Below the pieces are notes generated by a model, which made no database searches, was not told where the DNA came from, and worked only from the letters and a program-made list of their open reading frames with translations. The position numbers and the translations under genes are program-made. 64,000 bases of DNA. Origin: Alphaproteobacteria bacterium (GTDB lineage: Bacteria; Pseudomonadota; Alphaproteobacteria; RF32; CAG-239). The DNA lies in the NCBI GenBank assembly GCA_017477185.1, contig JAFUXF010000004.1, forward strand, positions 53,132 to 117,131. Direction: 5' to 3'. Position 1 is the first letter of the stretch. Each line of letters starts with the position of its first letter. Positions 51,408 through 59,801 of the stretch are shown in pieces.

Positions 51408-51617
51408 ATGACAGTTATTAATATAGAAGATATTAAATTAAGTGATGAAGAAAGACAGCCATGCGAGATTTGGACGCGTGTGATGGGATATCATCGTCCG
51501 GTATCTGAGTTTAATAAAGGTAAAAAATCAGAGTTTTATTCTCGCGTTTGTTTTTGTGAAAGCAAAGCGACAGCGAATCATACACCAATGATGTCTTGTG
51601 CTTGTGCAGCAGAGTAA
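51408..51617 (+). CDS. stand-alone NrdD-type glycyl-radical motif protein (69 aa)
   Basis: CEIWTRVMGYHRPVSEFNKGKKSEFYSRV resembles the NrdD C-terminus (RVCGY...RP..FN.GK..E...RV). AGGAG lies 9 nt upstream of the ATG at 51408. Confidence 0.55.
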   Translation: MTVINIEDIKLSDEERQPCEIWTRVMGYHRPVSEFNKGKKSEFYSRVCFCESKATANHTPMMSCACAAE

Positions 51618-51640
51618 CTAACTCCAAAGTCTGAGACTGA

Positions 51641-51668
51641 ACCGCTCCGAAAAGGGCGGTTTTTTTTA
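51641..51668 (+). terminator. Rho-independent terminator
   Basis: Stem accgcuc/gggcggu followed by T8. Confidence 0.65.
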
Positions 51669-51674
51669 TGGAAG

Positions 51675-51893
51675 TTATACTTGATTATCAGAAATTACGG
51701 AAAGTAATTCTTGTAAAATTGCGCGATCTTTTGCTTTTTCCGTTTCCGGAAGTTGGTCGTAATCTGTATGTGCTAATATAGTCCAACGGTGGATGTTTTG
51801 CGGAGTTGCATTTTGGTTGTAGTGTAAAAACCAACGAGCCCAAATTTTATGAATTTGAGCGGCTAAATTTTCAATATCAGTCTCATTTATCAT
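51675..51893 (-). CDS. small RyR-domain-like protein
   Basis: LAAQIHKIWARWFL...YDQLPETEKAKDRAILQELL resembles the bacterial RyR domain pattern. Confidence 0.4.
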   Translation of the reverse strand: MINETDIENLAAQIHKIWARWFLHYNQNATPQNIHRWTILAHTDYDQLPETEKAKDRAILQELLSVISDNQV

Positions 51894-52389
51894 TACTTGA
51901 TTCCGGTAAATTTTTCAGGGGAACTCTTTTGATAATTTCAGCTTTGATTTGTTCGGCGTCTGAGGTGGGAACAACATCATATAAAGGGATGGAAAAAGGG
52001 GTAAATCCGCCATTATGCTTTTGTAAAAAATTATAGCGATAGTCCATATCTTCGCGTGTATTGAAGATTATAATTTTCAGTTTCCGAACTCCGCACCAAA
52101 CAATGCGTTCTTCTGCAGAAATAACGTTTTTCCATAAAAGCGGTTGGCAATGGTCTATTTTTATACTTTCATCCGTAATTACAGCGAGAATCTGTTGTAC
52201 GCAGTGTTTATAAATCCACAGTCCCCATGACGCAAGAATCGTTATGAGCATAATATAGGTTTGCGGCCAATGCCATAAAAACGGACAGCACAAACAGTTT
52301 CCAAGGATAAAAAGTAAAACAAGGATATTAAAAAATAACCAAAAATTAAAAGGTTTAAAGTGGTAATAAAAAATTTTAGGTTCAGTCAT
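51883..52389 (-). CDS. hypothetical membrane protein
   Basis: 168 aa with two or three N-terminal TM helices. Overlaps the next gene by 11 nt. Confidence 0.5.
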   Translation of the reverse strand: MTEPKIFYYHFKPFNFWLFFNILVLLFILGNCLCCPFLWHWPQTYIMLITILASWGLWIYKHCVQQILAVITDESIKIDHCQPLLWKNVISAEERIVWCGVRKLKIIIFNTREDMDYRYNFLQKHNGGFTPFSIPLYDVVPTSDAEQIKAEIIKRVPLKNLPESSNDK

Positions 52390-52607
52390 CGTCGTTATTA
52401 TCTTTCTATTACTTAATATTACTCATTGTAACATGTTTTGTTTAAAATATCATTACAAAAAAGAGTGCCGATGATTTTTTTATGTAAATTTTTGTTGCGG
52501 AAATAAAAAGTTTGGGTTACATTCCTGTCAAAGTATTTTATTACTTAATCAAAAAAGTCGTATATATCAAAAATCATTTTTAACATTGTAAATATGGAGA
52601 AAAATAA

Positions 52608-53171
52608 ATGAAACAGTTAGCGGGGTCAATCAGAATCGGTTGGGTTATTGAATATAAAAACAAGCCGTGGACAATTACTAAAGCTCAACATATTAAACCG
52701 GGTAAAGGTGGTGCTTTTATGCAGGTTGAGATGAAGGCTGTTGAAGAAGGAACAAAAACAAATGAACGTTTCAGAACGGAAGATACTGTTGAGAAATTGA
52801 TGGTTGAAGAAAAAGATTGCCAATTTTTGTTTGAGGATTCTACCGGTTTAACTTTTATGGATTCTGAGACGTTTGATCAATTTAATATGCCGGCTGATAT
52901 TTTGGGAGACAGCCGTCCGTTTATGACAGATGGTATGACTGTCGTTATCAGCTTTATTGATGGTAAGCCGATTTCAGTTGAATTGCCTCTGCAGGTTATT
53001 TGTGAAGTAGTTGATACAGAGCCTGTTATTAAAGGGCAAACGGTTTCTTCCTCTTATAAACCTGCTGTTCTTGATAATGGTGTGAGAACAACTGTTCCTC
53101 CGTTTATCGGTGTGGGCGATAAAATTGTTGTCGGTACAGCTGAAGCCAATTATGTTGAAAGAGCAAAATAA
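52608..53171 (+). CDS. efp: elongation factor P
   Basis: IKPGKGGAFMQVEMK and the overall EF-P three-domain pattern. Confidence 0.9.
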   Translation: MKQLAGSIRIGWVIEYKNKPWTITKAQHIKPGKGGAFMQVEMKAVEEGTKTNERFRTEDTVEKLMVEEKDCQFLFEDSTGLTFMDSETFDQFNMPADILGDSRPFMTDGMTVVISFIDGKPISVELPLQVICEVVDTEPVIKGQTVSSSYKPAVLDNGVRTTVPPFIGVGDKIVVGTAEANYVERAK

Positions 53172-53977
53172 TGGTTGCCTACGTTTCACCACAAGTTTCT
53201 ATGTTGATTGAGGCTGTTAAAAAAGCCTCAGTCAGTATAGACAGAGATTTTAATGAAATTGAACAATTGCAGTCTTCTGTTAAAGGATATAAGCAATTTG
53301 TTCTGGGATCTTATGATAAAGTTAAGCGTATTTTGCAAAGTGAGTTGGGAAAAATTCATCCGGATTACCCGATTGTTGAAACTGCAGTGAAATTACCGGC
53401 AACGGGTGGTTGTTGGTTAGTCAATCCGATAGACGGGTTATTTAATTTTGCTCATGGTATTCCTCATTTTGCGGTTTCGGTTGCTTTATATGAAAATGGC
53501 AAAATTATCGGTGCTGTGGTATATAATCCGGCTTCTGATGCTCTATATTTTGCGGAAAAAGGTAAAGGTGCATTCAAAGAAGGATATCGTAATCATGAGC
53601 GTTTACGGGTATCAGCTCGTAAAGACTTGAAGGATGCTTTAATCGGTACATTAGTCAGCTATGATAAAGGTGTGGCGGAATATGAAAAAATCCAAAAAGC
53701 AATTGTTGGTGCTTGTGATAATATTCGTATTTCAGGGAGTTGTGCCTTAGATTTGGCTTATGTCGCTGCCGGAAAATTGGATGCTCATGTCAGTTTAAAA
53801 AATAATTTAGCGGATTATGCTGCCGGTTTGTTGTTGGTTAAAGAAGCCGGGGGTTATGTGTATGATGTTCATCAAAAAGATATTCGTTCGGAAAATCTTG
53901 ATGTTGTTGTACATAGCGGTAATCTTATTGCAACCAATGCCGAATTGGGTAAAAAGGTTTGTGAATTATTTAAATGA
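53171..53977 (+). CDS. suhB: inositol monophosphatase family protein
   Basis: WLVNPIDGLFNFAHGIPHFAVSVAL and a C-terminal G..ALDLAYVAAGKLD. Confidence 0.85.
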   Translation: MVAYVSPQVSMLIEAVKKASVSIDRDFNEIEQLQSSVKGYKQFVLGSYDKVKRILQSELGKIHPDYPIVETAVKLPATGGCWLVNPIDGLFNFAHGIPHFAVSVALYENGKIIGAVVYNPASDALYFAEKGKGAFKEGYRNHERLRVSARKDLKDALIGTLVSYDKGVAEYEKIQKAIVGACDNIRISGSCALDLAYVAAGKLDAHVSLKNNLADYAAGLLLVKEAGGYVYDVHQKDIRSENLDVVVHSGNLIATNAELGKKVCELFK

Positions 53978-53998
53978 TTGAGTAAAAAGGAAAAAGAG

Positions 53999-54937
53999 AT
54001 GAATAAAAAACTTATGCTGTGTTCTGTTGTTTGTTCATTCGTAGCTTTTCAAAGTCAGGCTGCTGATGATGTTTATGTTGACTTATCAGTCTTAGATACC
54101 ATTCCTCAAGACAGTGTCGGTTTTGTTGATTCTTCTCCGGTTTTTCCTGAGTATAAAAAACCGGTTGTTTTACCTCGTAAAAAAACGGTTTTAGTGCGTC
54201 CGAAAACTCAACAAACAAAAAAGAATCCTGTTGTTGTTCAACCGATAAAACCTCAACATGTTGAGCAGATTGCTACGGGTACTTTACAAGAAAAACCGGA
54301 GCAAGATGTTGTGTCTGTTTTGCCGGAGAAAATCGAGTCTTCTTCAGAAAAACTTCCGGAGGTCCTGCCTCAAGAAAATATTGCCGAAGATAAGGTCGTT
54401 ATGTCTGATGTTCAGGAAAAAAGAGACATTGCAGATGTTACCAATGAGGAAGTTGTTGCTATTAACGAATCGGTGAAAGAGGTTACAAAAACTGCAAAGG
54501 AAAATGCTAATCCAGCTTCTATTTTACCACAGCCGGTTATGACGAGTGAGGACATTTCACAAACAGGTGATGCAAAAGTTTTATCGGCAAAAAGTTCTGA
54601 TGTCATCGAAAATAGTCAGGGTGCTGCGTTGCCGCGTGAGGTTTATTCAATTTCATTTGCACCTGATTCTTCTGAGCTTTCTGAAGAAAATATACGCTAT
54701 TTAGATGAAGTTATCGGGAGTTTTGATAAAGAGCAAAAGAAAAAAATATCAATAAAAGCTTACAATTATGATGATGGTGTGAATTCTTTTCGTAAGAAGA
54801 GAGTTAGCTTATTGCGAGCTACGCAGGTTCGGTCGTATCTGCTAAATCGAGGATTTAAGGATTTTGGTATAAAAATCATCAATACAACAGTAGATAATGA
54901 AGATAAAAATACAGTTGAGATTGAGGAAATAAACTAA
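53999..54937 (+). CDS. secreted protein with a degenerate OmpA-like C-terminal domain
   Basis: Signal peptide MNKKLMLCSVVCSFVAFQSQA, a P/E/Q-rich linker, then FAPDSSELSEEN...RVSLLRATQVRSYLLNRG. Confidence 0.5.
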   Translation: MNKKLMLCSVVCSFVAFQSQAADDVYVDLSVLDTIPQDSVGFVDSSPVFPEYKKPVVLPRKKTVLVRPKTQQTKKNPVVVQPIKPQHVEQIATGTLQEKPEQDVVSVLPEKIESSSEKLPEVLPQENIAEDKVVMSDVQEKRDIADVTNEEVVAINESVKEVTKTAKENANPASILPQPVMTSEDISQTGDAKVLSAKSSDVIENSQGAALPREVYSISFAPDSSELSEENIRYLDEVIGSFDKEQKKKISIKAYNYDDGVNSFRKKRVSLLRATQVRSYLLNRGFKDFGIKIINTTVDNEDKNTVEIEEIN

Positions 54938-55036
54938 AAATTAAAAAAAAATTTAAATTAATGCTTGCGTTATTTATTTGTGTAATGTATAAGCATACTA
55001 AATTTATGTCATTTTAATAAAGTTTGGAGAAAAATA

Positions 55037-55273
55037 ATGAAAAAAGATATTCATCCTGATTATCACGAGATTACATATGTGATGACAGATGGGTCTGAGT
55101 TTAAGACTAAATCGACTTGGGGAAAGGCCGGAGACAAAATGACTTTGGAAATTGATCCGAAATCTCATCCGGCATGGACTGGTATTCATCGTATGGTTGA
55201 TACCGGTGGTCAGGTTTCTAAATTTAACAGTAAGTTTGCTGCTTTTGGTTTGAAGAAAGATACCAGTAAATAA
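55037..55273 (+). CDS. rpmE: 50S ribosomal protein L31
   Basis: Begins [12 protein letters not shown] and contains HPAWTG...DTGGQVSKF. Confidence 0.9.
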   Translation: MKKDIHPDYHEITYVMTDGSEFKTKSTWGKAGDKMTLEIDPKSHPAWTGIHRMVDTGGQVSKFNSKFAAFGLKKDTSK

Positions 55274-55294
55274 TTCTGGGTTTAGTATTTTATT

Positions 55295-55332
55295 AACCTG
55301 CCAAGAGTTATACTCAAGGCAGGTTTTTTTTG
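55295..55332 (+). terminator. Rho-independent terminator of rpmE
   Basis: Stem aacctgcc.../...ggcaggtt followed by T9. Confidence 0.7.
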
Positions 55333-55346
55333 TATGTGGGCTACCA

Positions 55347-56942
55347 ATGGTAAAAATAATAAGATATGAGGTTTATGCAGATAAAGGAACAGGATGGCGT
55401 TTACTTGACCAATTTTCAGCAGAAGATCGTCAGAGTGCAACTTTTTGTGCAAAAGATGCAGAAGAAAATGGTAGTTCTGTTAAGATTGTTCGTGAGATTT
55501 ATGAGACAGATGACGGATCATTTCATGAGTCCGTTGAGTATGTTGGTGGCCTGAAAAATAAAAGAAAAATCAAATCGGTTGAAGAGGCAGTTTTTGATGA
55601 TTTAAAAGGAGAGTATAATGTTGAGGTTACTCCTTTTAAGTTATTGGCATCAAATCAAGTTTCAAAAGCTATTATGAAATTGGTTGTTATCGTGTTTTTG
55701 AGCTTGCTTTTTGCAAATATTATCACTTCTTTAGCCGTTCCGTTGATAGAATTTATGGTGCCGGATGAAAAACGTAAGAGTGTTTTATTTTGCGTTTTTT
55801 TTGTTATTTTTGTGATGTTTGCTGCGCCACTACTTTTCTATAAAGTTCCGTGGAATGTTTTTTACAGTTTACGCAAAGGAGAGAAAGAGCTTGTTAATGA
55901 ACGGAAGATTTTTCGTCGTGCTACAAATTTAATGAAAGGTTATACGCTTAATGATGATGGTCGGGAAGTTTTGACGCCGTCTTTTCCTGAGGCTCCTTTG
56001 GAATATAAAGAATATATTGTCGATTATTTATCTCAGATTCTCAATAATTTAGACGCAAAAATCAAACTAAGTGACGGATTTAATCGGTTAGGAGTGGAAT
56101 TGATTGTTTATGGCGGTTGCTTAGAATTATCGAGGTATGGACGTTTGGTTTGGGCAGAAGCTAATTCACTTTTATATGAAGCTTTTAAAATTTTAGAAGG
56201 AAAGCAAGTTGATTTACAGGGGTTTTATGATGCCAAAAGAACGTATGTTGACAGTAAAATTGCTGTTTTTTTAACCGGTGTCGGTTCTTATCTGATGTCT
56301 CAGGTTATTAACGGAGTGCCGATGGATGCCTCTGTGTTAAAAGTATCAATGGAAAAATGGATAGCCGCCAATACACATCCTGAAACCAATACGGAAATTA
56401 GTATTGCTGTGCCGGATGGTGAAGAGAAAGGGTTAAGTATTCTGTTTGAGTGTTTGGTTAATATCCGTTTAATCTTAAATATTTATGATGATGAAAAAAT
56501 TATTGGCAGCGATGAACAGGATAAGGTGTATGGTGATGTTCAAAAAATCTTATCTCGTTTGGTGGCTCAATATTATGGAGATAGTGTGATTGAGGAGGGG
56601 TATTTAACCTCTGTGCACTTTAGTAACTTAGGAAAAGCGGTGCAGTTCATGAGTGCTTTTAATAAAAATTTGTTTGATTATAAAGATAACCAGTGTTCTT
56701 ATAATTTAATTATTGATGAAAAAGCTGCTATATTGGATGTTCCTTCAGATAACTCAATAAATTTGAATAATTATATTGAGGATGTTTTAGATTATGGTTG
56801 TCAGCAAGAGGTTGTTGTTAATGAAATTATCAAAAATAATTTAACCAATACACCTTATCATTTTGAACTTTTGGGTAATAAAGTTTTGCGTCGGTCAGAA
56901 CAAACGGTTTCCTTGTATAAAATGAGTGGTTTTACTGAGTAA
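55347..56942 (+). CDS. hypothetical membrane protein (531 aa)
   Basis: Long ORF with two central TM helices. No motif confidently recognised. Confidence 0.5.
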   Translation: MVKIIRYEVYADKGTGWRLLDQFSAEDRQSATFCAKDAEENGSSVKIVREIYETDDGSFHESVEYVGGLKNKRKIKSVEEAVFDDLKGEYNVEVTPFKLLASNQVSKAIMKLVVIVFLSLLFANIITSLAVPLIEFMVPDEKRKSVLFCVFFVIFVMFAAPLLFYKVPWNVFYSLRKGEKELVNERKIFRRATNLMKGYTLNDDGREVLTPSFPEAPLEYKEYIVDYLSQILNNLDAKIKLSDGFNRLGVELIVYGGCLELSRYGRLVWAEANSLLYEAFKILEGKQVDLQGFYDAKRTYVDSKIAVFLTGVGSYLMSQVINGVPMDASVLKVSMEKWIAANTHPETNTEISIAVPDGEEKGLSILFECLVNIRLILNIYDDEKIIGSDEQDKVYGDVQKILSRLVAQYYGDSVIEEGYLTSVHFSNLGKAVQFMSAFNKNLFDYKDNQCSYNLIIDEKAAILDVPSDNSINLNNYIEDVLDYGCQQEVVVNEIIKNNLTNTPYHFELLGNKVLRRSEQTVSLYKMSGFTE

Positions 56943-57035
56943 ATATTGAAAAAAATACTTGTATATTCTCAGAATAAAACTTATCCTAACGGTAATCAGA
57001 TTTGTTATTTTTAGTAATTATGAAAGGGTAAGATT

Positions 57036-57833
57036 ATGACAGCACCTTTAATGCCTAAAGCAACGGCTGTATGGTTGGTTGAAAATACTACGTTAACGTT
57101 TAAACAAATTGCAGATTTCTGTGAACTGCATGAATTGGAAATTCAGGCAATTGCAGATGGTGATGTTTCTTTTAATATTATAGGATTGAGTCCGGTTGAT
57201 AACAATCAGTTAACTCTTGAGGAAATCAAGCGTTGTGAAGCTGATAGTTCGGCTAAATTGGTGGCTAATGTTTTGGAAAGAAATGTAAAGCTTAAAAATA
57301 CTAAAGCTAAAAAAATGTTGTCGCCGACACAGCGTAGTGAAAAGCCTAGTGCTATTTTGTGGATTATTAAGAATTGTCCGGAAGTCATTGATGCTCAAAT
57401 TTGCAAACTGGTTGGGACAACAAAACCGACAATTGATGCTATTCGTAAAGGGACACATCGTGATATGGTTAATATTCGTCCGAAGAATCCTGTTACTATA
57501 GGTTTGTGTTCGGAGAAGGATTTGGATAAAGCAATTACGTTATGTCGCACTCGTGCAGAGAATGCTCTCAAAGCAAAGGAGAAAAAAACAATAAAGAAGA
57601 AAAAGTCATTAGCCGCTAAGAAAGCGACAACAAAGAAGGCTACACCTAAGGCGGCAGCTAAAAAAGCGGCAACGAAGAAGGCTGCACCTAAGGCGGCAGC
57701 TAAGAAAGCGACAACAAAGAAGGCTGCAACTAAGTCAACAGCTAAGAAAGCGACAACAAAGAAGGTTGCGACTAAGTCAACAGCTAAGAAAGCGACAACA
57801 AAAAAAGCTGCACCTAAGAAAAAAGCTAAATAA
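57036..57833 (+). CDS. DUF1013 (TrcR-like) protein fused to a Lys/Ala-rich histone-H1-like tail
   Basis: The N-terminus MPKATAVWLVENTTLTFKQIADFCELHELEIQAIADGDV is typical of alphaproteobacterial DUF1013. The C-terminus has AKKATTKKA(A/T)xK repeats. Confidence 0.7.
   Translation: MTAPLMPKATAVWLVENTTLTFKQIADFCELHELEIQAIADGDVSFNIIGLSPVDNNQLTLEEIKRCEADSSAKLVANVLERNVKLKNTKAKKMLSPTQRSEKPSAILWIIKNCPEVIDAQICKLVGTTKPTIDAIRKGTHRDMVNIRPKNPVTIGLCSEKDLDKAITLCRTRAENALKAKEKKTIKKKKSLAAKKATTKKATPKAAAKKAATKKAAPKAAAKKATTKKAATKSTAKKATTKKVATKSTAKKATTKKAAPKKKAK
57615..57830. repeat. about five tandem 42-bp coding repeats
   Basis: Units gctaagaaagcgacaacaaagaaggctgcaac/ctaag... encode a 14-aa AKKATTKKAAPKAA period. 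Confidence 0.85.
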
Positions 57834-57853
57834 TTTTCCTATTGAAAAAGATA

Positions 57854-57878
57854 AAGCCGGACAAAATGTCCGGCTTTT
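57854..57878. terminator. bidirectional terminator between the DUF1013 gene and flagellin
   Basis: Perfect 9-bp stem aagccggac/gtccggctt. Confidence 0.7.
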
Positions 57879-57895
57879 GATGTCTATATATTATT

Positions 57896-58723
57896 TTAGA
57901 ACAGCTTTAATACAGATTGAGCAGCCTGAGAAGCTAAACTCAAAGAGTTAATAGCCAACTGCTGACGTGTTTGGAGAGCCAACATATTAGCAGACTCTTC
58001 ATTCATATCAGCCAAGGTCAACTTATCAGCACCTTCTTCTAACACGTTAATTAAGTTTGTTGTGAAACTTTCGCGTGTTTCAACGATAGAATAGTTGTTA
58101 CCGAAGTCAGAAGCGAAAGTACGCAATTTGCTGATAGCGTTTGTTGCTGCTGTAATAGCAGATCCAATAGCAGTGTTCTGATCTGCAACTTCTCCGGTAT
58201 TCCATGCAGCACCTGCAGCAATAGCTAAGTCGCCGCCAGTCGTGGCATTGACACCATTAATGATTAACTGGTTATCACGTCCTTCGTTGAAGGTAACGGT
58301 TAATGAACCGCCTTTTAACAAGTTAATTCCTTTGTAGCCGGCGTCAGTAGCTAATTTATCGATTTGTTCACGAATACTGTTAAATTGACCCATATATTTT
58401 CCACGAGCGGTTGCATCTGTGGTGTCTAAAGCAGAAGTTGCAACAGCTTTGGCTTGTTCAACATAAGAAGTAATCGCTTCAATACCTTCATCTGCAGCTT
58501 TGATGGTGGAGATAGCTTGCCCCATACTATCTAACAGAGAACTCAAGTCATTCGCACGATTGGACAATGATTGAGCGGTGTAGTAAGCACTTGGGTTATC
58601 AATAGCTGAGTTGACTTTTTTACCTGTTGCTAAACGCTCCTGTGTTTGGCTCATCAAATCAGATGTGCCTTGTAAAGACAACAAGTTAGAACGCATACTT
58701 GCGGTTAAAGATATATTAGACAT
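57896..58723 (-). CDS. fliC: flagellin
   Basis: Start at MSNISLTASMRSNLLSLQ (AGGAGA RBS). Has conserved N-terminal (ATGKKVNSAIDNPSAY) and C-terminal (LALQTRQQLAINSLSLA) flagellin helices. Confidence 0.9.
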   Translation of the reverse strand: MSNISLTASMRSNLLSLQGTSDLMSQTQERLATGKKVNSAIDNPSAYYTAQSLSNRANDLSSLLDSMGQAISTIKAADEGIEAITSYVEQAKAVATSALDTTDATARGKYMGQFNSIREQIDKLATDAGYKGINLLKGGSLTVTFNEGRDNQLIINGVNATTGGDLAIAAGAAWNTGEVADQNTAIGSAITAATNAISKLRTFASDFGNNYSIVETRESFTTNLINVLEEGADKLTLADMNEESANMLALQTRQQLAINSLSLASQAAQSVLKLF

Positions 58724-58865
58724 GGTTTTTCTCCTAATTCTGTGGACGTTACATACCGTTTTACTATCGGTACATTTTTTAATATACCACAAAAAGCACC
58801 CTCGTACAATCAAAAAAATACGAGTCTACCGAAAAACGAACATACTTTTAAGAAATCTTAAATAT

Positions 58866-59261
58866 TTACAATTGGTTAAAAAGTTCGCCAAAAACTTCAT
58901 CTTCTCTTTTAACTAATGCAGCCGCATTTTTTATGGCACTATAATAGTCTCCTTTAAGAATCGACTCGCTGATTGGGTCGATTAAAGGTTTTAGACTTGG
59001 GGCGGCTTGTTGCAAGTCTCTGACATAGTCAATATAGAATTTGTTTAGTTTAGAAGAGTCTTTGGCTAAGTACATTTGTTGTACAATGAAATAAATGCGC
59101 TTGCTGGGGGTATTTGCGTCAGACTCGCGCAAAATAAATTTTTCACGCAGAATAGGGACATTACCTTCAATGTAGAAGCGTGTTCTTTCATCATCATTGG
59201 TAATGAGGGCATCACCGATAATGATACTTTCACGGGGTTTAAGTTCTATTTTTAAAGGCAT
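58866..59261 (-). CDS. flbT: flagellar biosynthesis repressor FlbT
   Basis: Begins MPLKIELKPRESIIIGDALITNDD and contains TPSKRIYFIVQQMYL. Confidence 0.8.
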   Translation of the reverse strand: MPLKIELKPRESIIIGDALITNDDERTRFYIEGNVPILREKFILRESDANTPSKRIYFIVQQMYLAKDSSKLNKFYIDYVRDLQQAAPSLKPLIDPISESILKGDYYSAIKNAAALVKREDEVFGELFNQL

Positions 59262-59377
59262 TTTTATTCTCCTGTTCTGTGATGCGATAATATTATATAT
59301 ATAACTTTTATTTTTTTTTGCAAATCTTAATTTTCTCTTGTATATATATTGTAGGTGAAGTTGTTGAGGAACAGATT

Positions 59378-59800
59378 ATGCTTTATGTGCCTGAAAATTT
59401 TAATGCAAAAGAAAAAGCCGTTTATTTAAAGGCCTTGGTTTATGTTTTCAATCTGAGTAATCAGAATAAAATTAAGCGAGAATATTTGTTGCTACAATTG
59501 CAAAAAGCAAATATTTCTCAGGAAAAATATGAAGCAGTAAAATCAGCTTGTAAGATAGAAACGCTGATTGATAATATAAGAGGCTTGGATAATTTGCGTG
59601 CGCAAAGGTTTATTATCAGAGAGATGGTTATGCTAGCTCTTGCAGACCAAGATGTTACAGATGATGAAATTCGAGATATTTATCAAATTGCCGAGTCTTC
59701 AGGTATTAGTAGTGAAAAAGTAGGAGATTTCTTTATTTGGGCGGCTAAGGGAATTGAGTGGCAATTAGAAGGTATTCAGCTCGTAGAAGAAGATTTATAA
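59378..59800 (+). CDS. TerB-like domain protein
   Basis: The helical pattern with ...REMVMLALADQDVTDDEIRDIYQIAESSGIS resembles the TerB/DUF533 fold. Start at MLYVPE with a GAGGAA RBS. Confidence 0.4.
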   Translation: MLYVPENFNAKEKAVYLKALVYVFNLSNQNKIKREYLLLQLQKANISQEKYEAVKSACKIETLIDNIRGLDNLRAQRFIIREMVMLALADQDVTDDEIRDIYQIAESSGISSEKVGDFFIWAAKGIEWQLEGIQLVEEDL

Positions 59801-59801
59801 T

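Noticed and set aside
55347-56942. Possible degenerate class III nucleotidyl-cyclase-like region in the C-terminal third of the 531-aa membrane protein
   Set aside because: The resemblance (ILFECLVNI...YYGDSVIEEGY) is very weak. The metal-binding Asp pair and other key residues could not be located, so it is not reportable without a profile search.
58724-58865. Sigma-28 (TAAA-N15-GCCGATAA) or sigma-54 promoter for flagellin
   Set aside because: Only a partial CCGATAG match exists, with no correctly spaced -35 element, and no TGGCAC-N5-TTGC was found. The promoter class is left unassigned.
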